Positions 1 through 9,549 of a stretch of 64,000 nucleotides of DNA are shown here, piece after piece. The first letter of the stretch is position 1. Each line of letters starts with the position of its first letter. This DNA is from Trebonia sp. Lineage in GTDB: Bacteria > Actinomycetota > Actinomycetes > Streptosporangiales > Streptosporangiaceae. Both the position numbers and the translations under genes were made by a program. The notes beneath the pieces are model-generated. The model saw only the letters and a program-made list of their open reading frames with translations. It did not search any database and was not told the origin of the DNA. The stretch covers positions 1,013 through 65,012 of the forward strand of contig DATMKQ010000298.1 of the NCBI GenBank assembly GCA_035571275.1, written 5' to 3'.

Positions 1-282
1 CTCGACGCTGATCTCGATTCCCATGACGTGCAGGTTCCTGCCCGTGTCGATGGCAAGGCCTGCGCGCAGCTCGTTCTGCTTCACCTCATACACGTGATGC
101 CGTCTGACTTCGTAGACAGTTACGGTGAGGCAGAGGACAGGGTGATCAGCTTCTTGCGCTCTGCCTCCCGGCCGTTGGGCCGCAGAGGCGTGAAATGCGA
201 AACATGCTGGGAGATCGCTCGCTACTATTCGCTGACCGTCGCCGACGAGGCACGGACCTGTGCGCCCGTGGGAAAGCGGTGA
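1..282 (+). CDS. 3' end of a hypothetical protein (5' part outside the window)
   Basis: Frame open from base 1 to TGA at 280-282; no recognisable motif. Confidence 0.3.
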   Translation, partial: LDADLDSHDVQVPARVDGKACAQLVLLHLIHVMPSDFVDSYGEAEDRVISFLRSASRPLGRRGVKCETCWEIARYYSLTVADEARTCAPVGKR

Positions 283-906
283 GCTAAGGGACTGGGGAGG
301 TCATCGGATCCCGCCCGTCCGTTCTCATCGATCACAGCGCTAGCCGGGGTCAGGGTACGGGGGGCTGACATTTCCGCTGCGACCAGCGGCCGCCAGTGCT
401 GCCCGCCTGCAGAAGGGCCGTCGGCGGCTCTTGCCCTCTTCCTTGCGCGGGTGTCAGTCATCGTGTCCTGGGTCGGCCCTCGGTGAGGTTTTCGTGCAGG
501 CGTCTAGGCGAAGATGACAGAACATCGACGGAGCGGCCGCGATGACGGGCAAGCTGCAGGACTCGCCATCGACAGCGGGCGTTGACACAGTTCAGCCTGC
601 GGTACCGGCACCGAACTGTTGCATTATCGCAGATCTCGTCCGCTCCGCAGCCGTCACGGATTCAGTGCGACGAGCCACCTCTGATGAGAACCAGATCATC
701 TAAACACGGACGTAACGGACCTAAGCAACCGCCCTGACGACGAACTGCCAAGACTCGGCCACATCTACCCGCAGAACAGTGATACAACGCCAGCTCCACT
801 GAGAACGGACAAAGCCCGACGGCGTGTCTCACGAAAATGTCGTATACGTCATCCATACGACATCGACGGTGAGATTACGACACGCGGCGTGAGACCCTAC
901 AGCAGC

Positions 907-3900
907 TCAGCCGGGTGCCATGTCCACGAAACGGCTGTAGTGCCCCTGGAACGCGACCGTCACCGTCGCGGTCGGCCCGTTCCGGTGCTTGGCGACAATC
1001 AGGTCCGCCTCACCCGCCCGTGGCGACTCCCGCTCATAAGCGTCCTCGCGGTGCAAAAGAATGACAACATCGGCATCTTGTTCGATACTATTGTGGATAT
1101 TTGTTGAGTTTGCTACGAAGTTGTGCGTGCCCAGTACAGTCGCATCATAAACAGGTCGAGAGCCGATGCTCTCGATCGAGGAGACCGTGTCCCAAAAGAC
1201 ATCATTCGTGGCCAGCATTTCGAGCTCTGAATCATCCAGAACCTTGGCGATGAGCCCGAGTCGTGATCGGCTCGGACTGATCTTTTCGTTCAGATCCCCC
1301 CGGCTGCTCGTCCCGACTTTGGTCTGCATCCGGTGCAATGAAATGGCACGGGCGGCGAGGACCTCGCGCACTCGTACCCAGACATCCGCAGGGACGGTAT
1401 CGAAACGCCCCACAGCCGTCATCTCGTGGAGGCGTGCCCTGGCTTCCATCACTGAAGACGCGCGACTCCCGTGAACGCCGATGTCATCAACAAACTTCAG
1501 TTGCTGCTCGACACCGGTCACGTCGATGGTCCATTGAGGGTGACCGTACGTGTTTCCCACTGCACGGAGTCGGGCTACGATCCCGAACCGTAGAAGCAGG
1601 GTCTGCAGCTGCCTTGCGAGTCGCTCGCTCGTGGTACCGAAGTAGATCCGCACGTTGCCGGACTTCGAGACGGTCACCGAGCCGTCGGTCGCCCAGAGAT
1701 GCCGGAAGAATAGGGCGACTTGGGCCTTTGGTAGCGAAAATATCGATTCAGGCACAAACTTCTCATGACTGCGCAGACCAAACAAGCCAAGGGAGTCGAG
1801 CCACTCAGCTACTGGGTTGCGACGGCCGCGTGCCAGCCGGAAGGGGGCTGGCAATCGAAGCGACGTACATCGGGCTCGCTCGTGGTAGTCGCGAACCGCC
1901 GTGATCCCGAAATGCGCCGCAGCCATAGTGACTGCTGCCAGGTTTTCCTCGTCGACGCTCGCGTAGCGAATTGGCTGGCGCTTCACGAACGATCCGTCGC
2001 CGATGAGGTGGGCGAGCATGACAATCTCATGTTCTGGCATCGAGCGCTCATGAAGCGGGCCTGGCACAGTACGTGGAATCGCCACTCGCGAGCCAACAGT
2101 CAGCTCGCCGAGCGACTGCCAGCCGCGGAACGTGAGGAACGGATGGTTCGCGGTGGCCTGCAGCTCACGTCCGGACGCGAGCCGAACGCGGCAGACTTCC
2201 TTCACACCGCTGGAGAATGCGTGAGTCAGGGTGCGAGGCACGAGCTTCAGGCGCTCATCAACCGACCACACAGGGATGTCTCGCTCGCCTGATGCCATCA
2301 GCTCGTCGAATGTAACCTCCGCCCCGGTGTCGGCCCGGAGAATCCGAGTGTCACCAGTAAGGCAGCCGGATTCGCGCAGGTCAGAGAGCATTGGCTTCTT
2401 GTCTTGGCGCTGCTCGGGGCCGCGGTTGAGCTGGGAGAGCGCCACCACGGGCACGTCCAGCTCCTTGGCGAGCAGCTTCAGCGACCGGGACATCTCCGAC
2501 ACCTCCTGCTGCCGGTTCTCCACCCGCCGGGGGGAGGACATCAGCTGCAGGTAGTCGATGATGACGAGCTTCAGGTCGTGGCGCTGCTTGAGCCGACGGC
2601 ACTTGGCGCGGATCTCCATCAGCGACATGTTGGGCGAGTCGTCGATGAAGAGCGGGGCGTCGGCGACCTCGCTCATCCGCCGGGCCAGCCGCGCCCAGTC
2701 GTCGTCGCTCATCTGGCCGGTGCGCATGACGTGCATGGGCACTCGCGCCTCGGCGGCCAGCAGCCGCATCGTGATCTCGTTGCGCCCCATCTCAAGGCTG
2801 AACATCACCGAGGGCAGCTGGTGCCTGATCGACGCCGAGCGCGCGAAGTCGAGAGCCAACGCCGAGTTGTGCGTCGGGATCATGGCGCGGCCCGCCAGGT
2901 ACAGGTGGTCTTTGCTGTCTACCTGCACGCAGCGGACGGGAACGGACGGCACCGGCCTGACCGCGACCACGTACCGCCAGGGCAGGGTGTCAGTGAACCG
3001 GATGACGTGCCCCGCCGCGGGCTTGGCGGCCACGGTGGACTGGAAGCCGAGGCTGTGGAGAAGCTCGCGGACATCCGCCGCGAGCGCCTCGCCTGGCACG
3101 GTGATCCGCGCCGGGCCCGTTACCCGCGCCACGCCAAGAAGCCCGGCGAGCAACTCGCGGCGCTGGGCGGAGCTAGCCCGCAGGTACTCAGGCGGGATGC
3201 GCCCGGCCGACGGACCCGCCGACCCGCCATCCGACCCCGACCGCGCCCCCGACGGTCCGAACGCACCGTTGCTCCGCCCCGCCGCCCCCGCCAGCGCCCG
3301 CCCGGCCAGCGCGGAGCCGAGCGCGTACGGAGTGACCGGCAGGTCAGCCTCGGGTAGCTCGAGGCGCCGTGGCATCGCCACCGCGTACCGGGACCGGGTG
3401 CCAAGGGCCCGGCAGGACAAGGCCCTGGCCATTTCTCCGGTGGTCACTATCTGCGGCGGCGTGAAACCGGCCGCGTGCGAGGTCCAGGTCAGCCACTGAT
3501 GGCCATCGTCGGCGACGATCACCTCGCCGTCGGAGAACTCCACCTGGTAGCACGGGCGCCCGTGCATGACCTCGGTCGCGGCGATCACCCGGGTTGGTGT
3601 CCCGTCCGCGCCGAGCAGCAGGTCACCGGGCCGCACCGCGCCCATCGCGGTCCATCCGGTGGGGGTGGCGAGCGGCGTGTCGAGAGCGAGTGCCTTGCCG
3701 ACCGCGGGACGGGCAGCGATCACGACCATCTGGCCGGCGTGCAGGCCGTTGGTGAGCGCGTCCAAGTCGGCGAACCCGGTGGGGACGCCGGTAATGCCGC
3801 CGCCGTGGGCGCCGATCGCCTCGATCTCCTCCAGTGCCCCCGGCATGATCTCCGATAGCGAGTGATAGTCCTCGGTGATCCGCCGGTCCGTCACCCCGTA

Positions 3901-4416
3901 CACCTCGGCCTGGGCACGGTCGACCAGCTCGTCCGCGTCCGCGTCGCCGGTGTAGCCAAGCTGGACGATGCGCGTCCCGGCCTCCACGAGCCGGCGCAGG
4001 ATCGCGCGTTCTCTGACGATCCTGGCGTAGTAGCCGGCGTTGGCGGCCGTCGGTACGGACGCGATCAGCGTGTGCAGGTAGGGCGCGCCGCCGATCCTGG
4101 TTAGCTCACCGCGCCTGGTCAGCTCGTTGGCCACCATGATCGGGTCGGCCGGCTCGCCGCGGGCGTAAAGGTCGAGGATCGCCTCATGCACGAGCTGATG
4201 CGCGGGCCGGTAGTGGTCGCCGGGCCTGATGACCTCGATCACGTCCGATATCGCGTCCTTGGACAGCAGCATTCCGCCGAGGACACACTGTTCCGCCGCG
4301 ACATCGTGCGGCGGCATCCGCTCGAATTCCTCGCCGCGCTGCGCCACCTCGGCCACGCTCAACGGACGCCACCTCCCCCAGACGTAACGGGCACGCCCCA
4401 GTTCAGACACCGTCAT
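907..4416 (-). CDS. dnaB: Replicative DNA helicase DnaB precursor with two inteins (spliced product about 468 aa)
   Basis: PPHDVAAEQCVLGGML N-terminus, AARPAVGK|S Walker A, IDYLQL, LSQLNR, DLRESG|SIEQDAD, AKHRNGPT. Confidence 0.97.
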   Translation of the reverse strand: MTVSELGRARYVWGRWRPLSVAEVAQRGEEFERMPPHDVAAEQCVLGGMLLSKDAISDVIEVIRPGDHYRPAHQLVHEAILDLYARGEPADPIMVANELTRRGELTRIGGAPYLHTLIASVPTAANAGYYARIVRERAILRRLVEAGTRIVQLGYTGDADADELVDRAQAEVYGVTDRRITEDYHSLSEIMPGALEEIEAIGAHGGGITGVPTGFADLDALTNGLHAGQMVVIAARPAVGKALALDTPLATPTGWTAMGAVRPGDLLLGADGTPTRVIAATEVMHGRPCYQVEFSDGEVIVADDGHQWLTWTSHAAGFTPPQIVTTGEMARALSCRALGTRSRYAVAMPRRLELPEADLPVTPYALGSALAGRALAGAAGRSNGAFGPSGARSGSDGGSAGPSAGRIPPEYLRASSAQRRELLAGLLGVARVTGPARITVPGEALAADVRELLHSLGFQSTVAAKPAAGHVIRFTDTLPWRYVVAVRPVPSVPVRCVQVDSKDHLYLAGRAMIPTHNSALALDFARSASIRHQLPSVMFSLEMGRNEITMRLLAAEARVPMHVMRTGQMSDDDWARLARRMSEVADAPLFIDDSPNMSLMEIRAKCRRLKQRHDLKLVIIDYLQLMSSPRRVENRQQEVSEMSRSLKLLAKELDVPVVALSQLNRGPEQRQDKKPMLSDLRESGCLTGDTRILRADTGAEVTFDELMASGERDIPVWSVDERLKLVPRTLTHAFSSGVKEVCRVRLASGRELQATANHPFLTFRGWQSLGELTVGSRVAIPRTVPGPLHERSMPEHEIVMLAHLIGDGSFVKRQPIRYASVDEENLAAVTMAAAHFGITAVRDYHERARCTSLRLPAPFRLARGRRNPVAEWLDSLGLFGLRSHEKFVPESIFSLPKAQVALFFRHLWATDGSVTVSKSGNVRIYFGTTSERLARQLQTLLLRFGIVARLRAVGNTYGHPQWTIDVTGVEQQLKFVDDIGVHGSRASSVMEARARLHEMTAVGRFDTVPADVWVRVREVLAARAISLHRMQTKVGTSSRGDLNEKISPSRSRLGLIAKVLDDSELEMLATNDVFWDTVSSIESIGSRPVYDATVLGTHNFVANSTNIHNSIEQDADVVILLHREDAYERESPRAGEADLIVAKHRNGPTATVTVAFQGHYSRFVDMAPG
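1090..2364 (-). mobile_element. DnaB intein 2 (425 aa), class 1, with LAGLIDADG homing endonuclease
   Basis: ESG|CLTGDT start, ATANHPF block B, LAHLIGDGS and LWATDGSV endonuclease motifs, VYDATV..THNF..IHN|S end; visibly lower GC than the flanks. Confidence 0.93.
2866..3693 (-). mobile_element. DnaB intein 1 (276 aa), class 3 type, inserted in the P-loop; degenerate endonuclease remnant
   Basis: Starts at Ala (ALALDTPL) after GK and ends IPTHN|S; class-3 W/C/T triplet (HQWLT, VRCVQV, PTHN); eroded LAGLIDADG pieces (PYALG...RRELLAGLLG). Confidence 0.9.
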
Positions 4417-4469
4417 ATCGAGGGGCTATGACATTCTGCCGGCACTCGGCGCCGCCCGCCACAGCACCC

Positions 4470-4676
4470 TGTGGATAACTTGTTGAGAAGCCGTCGGCTA
4501 ACTTGTGCACGGCCGGTGGAAATCGCTGTGTATCACAGTCGCCCCGGCGCCCGGAAAGGGGCGTTTACCTGCGGATACAGCATCCACCGGCTGTGCAGGA
4601 GAAAAACCCGGCGAGATTTCTGCCCGAGTTATCCACAATAAAAATCCACAGGCGCGACTCGCTTGCCTGTGGAAAA
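4470..4676. promoter_or_regulatory. DnaA-box cluster upstream of dnaB
   Basis: TGTGGATAA 4470-4478 and TTATCCACA 4629-4637 (perfect); AAATCCACA 4642-4650, TGTGGAAAA 4668-4676 and further degenerate boxes. Confidence 0.75.
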
Positions 4677-4758
4677 GTGTTGCGGTACGCGTCGGGCTTG
4701 GCTCTTTTCCCGTATACAGAACGAATGGTGCTGACCGCGGACCGTCCGCCTCAACCCC

Positions 4759-5049
4759 ATGGCGAGCAGACCGGCGGAGTGCCTGCGCCCGGCTCGCCGA
4801 CTCGGCTATCCTTCGCGTGTGTGTTCGATCAGGGGGGATGCGGTCGATCGGATCGCCGAGGCGATTGACCAGCTAGCAAGCGATACGCGGGGACAATCTA
4901 GCGGGCCTGAACTAGCCAGCCGGGTGGCGGAGCTGTGGCTGATGGTCAGCGCTCTCGACCCCGAGCTCGCCAGGCGAAGCCAGCATTACACGACGCCGCC
5001 GACGGCACGCCTCGCGGATGAGGACATGCCGCCGACCGGGTGCGCGTAG
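4759..5049 (+). CDS. Small helical hypothetical protein (start uncertain)
   Basis: Protein-like amphipathic segment DAVDRIAEAIDQLA...LDPELARR; fills the dnaB-rplI gap. Confidence 0.35.
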   Translation: MASRPAECLRPARRLGYPSRVCSIRGDAVDRIAEAIDQLASDTRGQSSGPELASRVAELWLMVSALDPELARRSQHYTTPPTARLADEDMPPTGCA

Positions 5050-5102
5050 CTAACAGCCCGCCTGTGGAGAGGGCTGTGGAAAGGAAGCCGGGAGGCTGTG
5101 GA

Positions 5103-5564
5103 TCAGCCTGCCGCGATCTCGATGGTGAGGGCGGCGTTCACGTCGGGGTGCAGGCGGACCTGGACGCGGTGCGCCCCGGTCGACTTGATCGGGTCGGGAA
5201 CCGCGATCTTGCGCCTGTCGATTTCCGGACCGCCGGCCGCGCGGACCGCAGCCGCGATGTCGGACGGCCCCACCGAGCCGAACAGCCGGCCGTTCGCCCC
5301 CGCCCGGCGGGTCAGCCGTACGGTCAGCTTCTCTAGCTGCCCGCCGACGGACCGGGCGTCCTCGACGGTGCGGATCTCGCGGGCCGCCCGGGCTCGCTTG
5401 ATCAGCTCGACTTGCTTTTCCGCGCCGCGCGTCCACTTCATCGCGAACCCGCGCGGGAGCAGGTAGTTGCGCCCGTAGCCCGCGGCTACGTCCACCACGT
5501 CACCTGGCGCTCCGAGGCCGCTTACCTCCTGGGTAAGGATCAGCTTCATTGGCGTACGAGACAT
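5103..5564 (-). CDS. rplI: 50S ribosomal protein L9
   Basis: [35 protein letters not shown]; GGAGG RBS. Confidence 0.97.
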   Translation of the reverse strand: MSRTPMKLILTQEVSGLGAPGDVVDVAAGYGRNYLLPRGFAMKWTRGAEKQVELIKRARAAREIRTVEDARSVGGQLEKLTVRLTRRAGANGRLFGSVGPSDIAAAVRAAGGPEIDRRKIAVPDPIKSTGAHRVQVRLHPDVNAALTIEIAAG

Positions 5565-5583
5565 CGCTTCGTCCTCCCCTGCC

Positions 5584-5823
5584 CTAACGTGCCGTGCTCG
5601 TGTAGGGGAGCAGAGCCATCTCCCTGGCGTTCTTGATCGCGGTCGCGACGTCGCGCTGGTGCCGCGTGCAGTTCCCCGTCACCCGGCGGGCGCGGATCTT
5701 GCCACGGTCGGAGATGTACTTGCGAAGCAGGCCCGTGTCCTTGTAATCCACGTAGCTGATCTTGTCGTGGCAGAACGCGCAAACCTTCTTCTTCGGCTTG
5801 CGTAGTGGTGGCTTGGCCATCAT
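5584..5823 (-). CDS. rpsR: 30S ribosomal protein S18 (Zn-binding C+ form)
   Basis: [34 protein letters not shown]. Confidence 0.97.
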   Translation of the reverse strand: MMAKPPLRKPKKKVCAFCHDKISYVDYKDTGLLRKYISDRGKIRARRVTGNCTRHQRDVATAIKNAREMALLPYTSTAR

Positions 5824-5887
5824 GGTGCTCCTTAGCAGAGCCCCGCATTACTGCAGGGATGGTCGGTTTCTGTTTTTCCTGGTATGG

Positions 5888-5978
5888 CCCCGGAGGGTCA
5901 CCCCTCCGGGCTAGACCGGGGGGGTGGACCGCCCAAATCTAGACCGGGGGCCTTTGGGGGGTGGACCCCCCCAAATCT
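5888..5978. repeat. G/C-run palindromic repeat cluster (REP-like) between ssb and rpsR
   Basis: CCCGGAGGG-TCA-CCCCTCCGGG hairpin; duplicated CTAGACCGGGGG and GGGGGTGGACC..CCCAAATCTA units. Confidence 0.55.
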
Positions 5979-6477
5979 AAAACGGTGGCTCGTCGGAGTA
6001 GCCAGCGCCCGAGTCAGAGGCCCACGGGTCGGCCTCCGCCCGGTTGCCGCCGCCGGACGCGGCGGCTGCCTGCCCGCTGAATCCCGAGCCGCCCTGGCCA
6101 CCGCCGCTGCGGTTGGCCCGGTTGACCTTCGCGGACGCGTTCTTCAACGACGGGCCGACATCGTCGACCTCGACTTCGAAGACCGTCCGCTTCTCGCCTT
6201 CCTTGGTCTCGTAGCTCCGCTGCTTCAGCCGACCCGAGACGATGACCCGCATGCCGCGCTGCAGGGACTCCGCCACGTTCTCCGCGGCCTGCCGCCAGAC
6301 GTTGCAGGTGAGGAAGAGGCTGTCGCCGTCCTTCCACTCCCCGCTGGCGTTGTCGCGGAACCGCGGTGTCGAGGCGATGCGGAACGTGGCCACGGGCTGT
6401 CCCGCCGGGGTAAACCGGAGTTCCGGATCGGCGACGAGGTTGCCGACGACCGTGATCTGGGTGTCTCCTGCCGCCAT
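5977..6477 (-). CDS. ssb: Single-stranded DNA-binding protein
   Basis: [22 protein letters not shown] fold, acidic DEPPF tail. Confidence 0.97.
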   Translation of the reverse strand: MAAGDTQITVVGNLVADPELRFTPAGQPVATFRIASTPRFRDNASGEWKDGDSLFLTCNVWRQAAENVAESLQRGMRVIVSGRLKQRSYETKEGEKRTVFEVEVDDVGPSLKNASAKVNRANRSGGGQGGSGFSGQAAAASGGGNRAEADPWASDSGAGYSDEPPF

Positions 6478-6515
6478 TGTGCTACTCCCAGTGGCTAACG
6501 AGATTGTCGTTGTGG

Positions 6516-6806
6516 TCAGCGGTGCTCGGGCCGCAGCACCTTGGTGCGCAGCACGGCCTCGTTGAGGTTCAGCTGCCGGTCCAGTTCCTGGACGGTAGCC
6601 GGCTCCGCGGTCAGGTCGACGACGGCGTAGATGCCTTCCGGCTTCTTGTCGATCGGGTACGACAGTCGCCGCTTACCCCAGATATCGAGCTTGCCGACTG
6701 TGCCGCCGCCGCCGGTCACGACCTTGAGGAACCCCTCGAGCGACGGCTGGACCGTGCGCTCCTCGAGGTTCGGGTCGAGGATGATCATGATTTCGTAATG
6801 GCGCAT
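6516..6806 (-). CDS. rpsF: 30S ribosomal protein S6
   Basis: [34 protein letters not shown]. Confidence 0.97.
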   Translation of the reverse strand: MRHYEIMIILDPNLEERTVQPSLEGFLKVVTGGGGTVGKLDIWGKRRLSYPIDKKPEGIYAVVDLTAEPATVQELDRQLNLNEAVLRTKVLRPEHR

Positions 6807-6814
6807 GCGCGTCC

Positions 6815-6866
6815 CCTGCCTCCTCTGGACTGACGCGGTCACGGTCTTTCCGTGACAGGAGGTTGC
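6815..6866 (-). promoter_or_regulatory. Probable S6:S18 autoregulatory leader RNA
   Basis: On the minus strand CCUCCU-GUCACGG-AAAGA-CCGUGAC-C...GAGGAGG; the anti-SD can pair with the SD directly upstream of rpsF. Confidence 0.55.
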
Positions 6867-7053
6867 GGATTGCGCGGATAGACCGTCGCTTTGGTCCGCA
6901 GCGTCCAACATTACCAAGGGTTCAGAGCACCCGCGCCCAATCCGGGACCTCCGTGATTCTGGGCCCCGGTTACGGGAACACTCCCATACACGAAAGACCC
7001 TTGGCCGAACTCCCCACCACGCACATTCTGACGCCAACCCCTGGGAGACAGAA

Positions 7054-7392
7054 GTGGCAGGAACCATCAGGACCGGCGGGCACCACCTTCCGCATGTATC
7101 GCTGAACTCAGACGGGGAGCCACATCCCCTGGTGAACGGGCTTACTGTCTTCACGCTGGCCGTCGGCCTCGCGTCGTTCGTCCTCGGCCTGATTATCAGG
7201 AACGTGTCAGGCGCCTCCGGGCTCGGCTGGGCGGTGGCGAGCGCGGCCACTGGGCTGACCGCCCTGCTGGTGGGGCTGTACACGCAGATGATCTCGGCGA
7301 CCCGCGAGCAGCGCGTGCTGATCGTGACGGGAATCATCGCGGGTTTCGTCGGTCTGGCCCTCGGTCTCGCCCACGGCGGCTTTTCCGGCTAA
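7054..7392 (+). CDS. Small membrane protein (3 TM)
   Basis: Three hydrophobic segments, [12 protein letters not shown]; usual neighbour of rpsF in actinobacteria. Confidence 0.7.
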   Translation: MAGTIRTGGHHLPHVSLNSDGEPHPLVNGLTVFTLAVGLASFVLGLIIRNVSGASGLGWAVASAATGLTALLVGLYTQMISATREQRVLIVTGIIAGFVGLALGLAHGGFSG

Positions 7393-7427
7393 CTTCCGAG
7401 GGTCCGCCACCCCACTAGACTCGGGCC

Positions 7428-8222
7428 ATGGTGCGCATCGGAGGGCATTTCCACACCGACGACCCGCTGGCCGAGGCGGTGGCGTGCGACGCGCGGACCG
7501 CGCAGTTCTTCCTTGGCGATCCGCAGGGCTGGAAGGGGCCGGTGATCCCAGGCGGCGACCCGGGCGCCGTCCGAGACGCGTACGCCATGGCCGACGTGGA
7601 CGTCTACATCCACGCGCCGTACGTGATCAACGTGGCGAGCACCAACAACCGGATCCGCATCCCGTCGAGGAAGCTGCTCGACGGCCAGCTCAAGGCGGCC
7701 GCGTCGATCGGTGCGAAGGCGCTAATCGTGCACGGCGGGCACGTTACGTCCGGTGTTGACCCGGCCGAGGGCCTAGAGAACTGGCGAAAGGCGATCGAGC
7801 GGATAGCGCGTCCGCTGCCGATGTTCATCGAGAACACCGCGGGCGGGACCGGCGCCATGGCCAGGTCACTTGACGCCATCGCGCGGCTGTGGGAGGCGGT
7901 GACCGGAGCCGCGCCGGAAGGCGGCGAGATCGGATTCTGCCTGGACACCTGTCATGCCAACTCGGCCGGCATCGACCTGGGCGACGTCGTCGACCGGGTC
8001 AAGGCGATCACGGGCCGGATCGACCTGGTGCACTGCAACAATTCCCGTGACGAGTTCGCCTCGGGCGCCGACAGGCACGCGAACTTCGACTCGGGCACGA
8101 TCGACCCCGCCGTCCTACTCGACGTGGTACGCGCGGCCGGTGCTCCGGTCATCTGCGAGACGCCCGAGGCTGGGCTGCCGGCCGACATCGGCTGGCTACG
8201 GGATAAGCTCTCTGACAACTGA
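7428..8222 (+). CDS. nfo: Endonuclease IV-family (AP endonuclease 2) protein
   Basis: IHAPYVIN, VHGGH, IENTAG, CLDTCH, HCNNSRD..GADRH, ICETP. Confidence 0.85.
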   Translation: MVRIGGHFHTDDPLAEAVACDARTAQFFLGDPQGWKGPVIPGGDPGAVRDAYAMADVDVYIHAPYVINVASTNNRIRIPSRKLLDGQLKAAASIGAKALIVHGGHVTSGVDPAEGLENWRKAIERIARPLPMFIENTAGGTGAMARSLDAIARLWEAVTGAAPEGGEIGFCLDTCHANSAGIDLGDVVDRVKAITGRIDLVHCNNSRDEFASGADRHANFDSGTIDPAVLLDVVRAAGAPVICETPEAGLPADIGWLRDKLSDN

Positions 8223-9526
8223 GCGGGACGCCGCGCGCCTCGCTCCCAGCTGAGAACGATCCGGTCCAGGGCGCCGTCCAGCACACCGCCCGCCGGATCA
8301 TCCTGCCCGGAAAGGCGCACCAAGTCCCGTTCCGGGCGCAGGATATCGGTCACCACGACCGCGGCGAGCAGGCCCACGGCGAAGAATCTGGCCAGCAAGA
8401 TCCCGAAGTACCAGCCGGTGCTCACCTCGGTGCCAGGGGCGTTGTACATATACGAGAAGTAGAACCAGATGCCGAAGAAGTAGGCCACCTCGGTGAGCTG
8501 CCAGAGGATGTATTGCCAGAGCCGGGGCCGGGCGAGCACCGCGAACGGGACGAGCCAGATCACGTACTGCGGCGACCAGACCTTGTTCAGCATCAGGAAG
8601 GACGCGAGCAGCAGGAAGCACACCTGCGGCAGCCGCGGCCTGCGCGGGGCGGCGAGCGTGAGGACGGCGATCGCGACGAAGGCCAGCGCGAAGCACCCCG
8701 ACGTGACCAGGTTCAGCTGGCCGATGGAGGAATTGCCCACCACCGGCAGGCTGAAGTGCTCGAACATGTACCAGACAGATCCCCAGTCGGCGCCGCGGGA
8801 CCGGCTGAACGCGTAGAACCGGCCCCACCCCGCCGTCGCGACAATCGCGATCGGCAGGTTGACTACGAGCCAGGCGATCACCCCGGCGGCCAGCGTCCGG
8901 CAGAGCTCGCGGATCTTCCCTGTGCGCAGGCAGAGCAGCAGCAGCGCGGCGAAGAACAGCAGCGGATAGAACTTCGTCGCCACGCCGAGGCCGAGCAGCG
9001 CCCCGGCGAGCCACTCCCGGCGCGCCGCCCACGCGGCGATGCCGCCGGCGGTGAGCGCCATCGCGAGCAGATCCCAGTTGATGAACGCGGCCAGGATCAG
9101 CGCCGGCGACAGCGCTGTCATCAGGGTGGCCCTGAGCTGCCCGTCACCCTCCCGGCCAGCCGCGTACCCCGTCGCGAGCACGCCGGCGACCAGGCAGACC
9201 GCGAGCAGCACGACAGTCACGTAGTAGAAGTCCCTGCCGCGCGAGAACGGGTCGCTGACCGAGTGCACCAGCCAGCCCGCCAGCTGCATCATCGCGCCGA
9301 TGAGCACCGGGTATTCCACCGGATGCCCCGAGTAAGGCACCTGTCCCGAGGACAGTCCCTCGTTGTAGTACAGCGGATAGATGTCGGTGTAGCAGGCGTG
9401 CTGGAACTGCCCGGTATAGCTGTTCCACGCCCCGCCTGAGCTGCACGGCAGCTTCTGCGCGTAACCGAGAACCGCGGCCACGGCCGACGCCGCCACGCCT
9501 GCACCGACAAATGCCGGAGTTCGCAC
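7952..9526 (-). CDS. Glycosyltransferase family 87 (DUF2029) membrane protein
   Basis: CYTDIYPLY, VEYPVL, NWDLLA, KVWSPQYVIWL, DDPAGGVLDG; multiple TM segments. Confidence 0.88.
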   Translation of the reverse strand: MRTPAFVGAGVAASAVAAVLGYAQKLPCSSGGAWNSYTGQFQHACYTDIYPLYYNEGLSSGQVPYSGHPVEYPVLIGAMMQLAGWLVHSVSDPFSRGRDFYYVTVVLLAVCLVAGVLATGYAAGREGDGQLRATLMTALSPALILAAFINWDLLAMALTAGGIAAWAARREWLAGALLGLGVATKFYPLLFFAALLLLCLRTGKIRELCRTLAAGVIAWLVVNLPIAIVATAGWGRFYAFSRSRGADWGSVWYMFEHFSLPVVGNSSIGQLNLVTSGCFALAFVAIAVLTLAAPRRPRLPQVCFLLLASFLMLNKVWSPQYVIWLVPFAVLARPRLWQYILWQLTEVAYFFGIWFYFSYMYNAPGTEVSTGWYFGILLARFFAVGLLAAVVVTDILRPERDLVRLSGQDDPAGGVLDGALDRIVLSWERGARRPAQLSESLSRSQPMSAGSPASGVSQMTGAPAARTTSSRTAGSIVPESKFACLSAPEANSSRELLQCTRSIRPVIALTRSTTSPRSMPAELA

Positions 9527-9549
9527 TGTTCCCCGCCCGGTCCCCGCCG

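Noticed and set aside
283-906. Short ORFs downstream of dnaB (225-461, 662-856)
   Set aside because: No motif, RBS or codon-bias support; the lower-GC patch is too short to interpret
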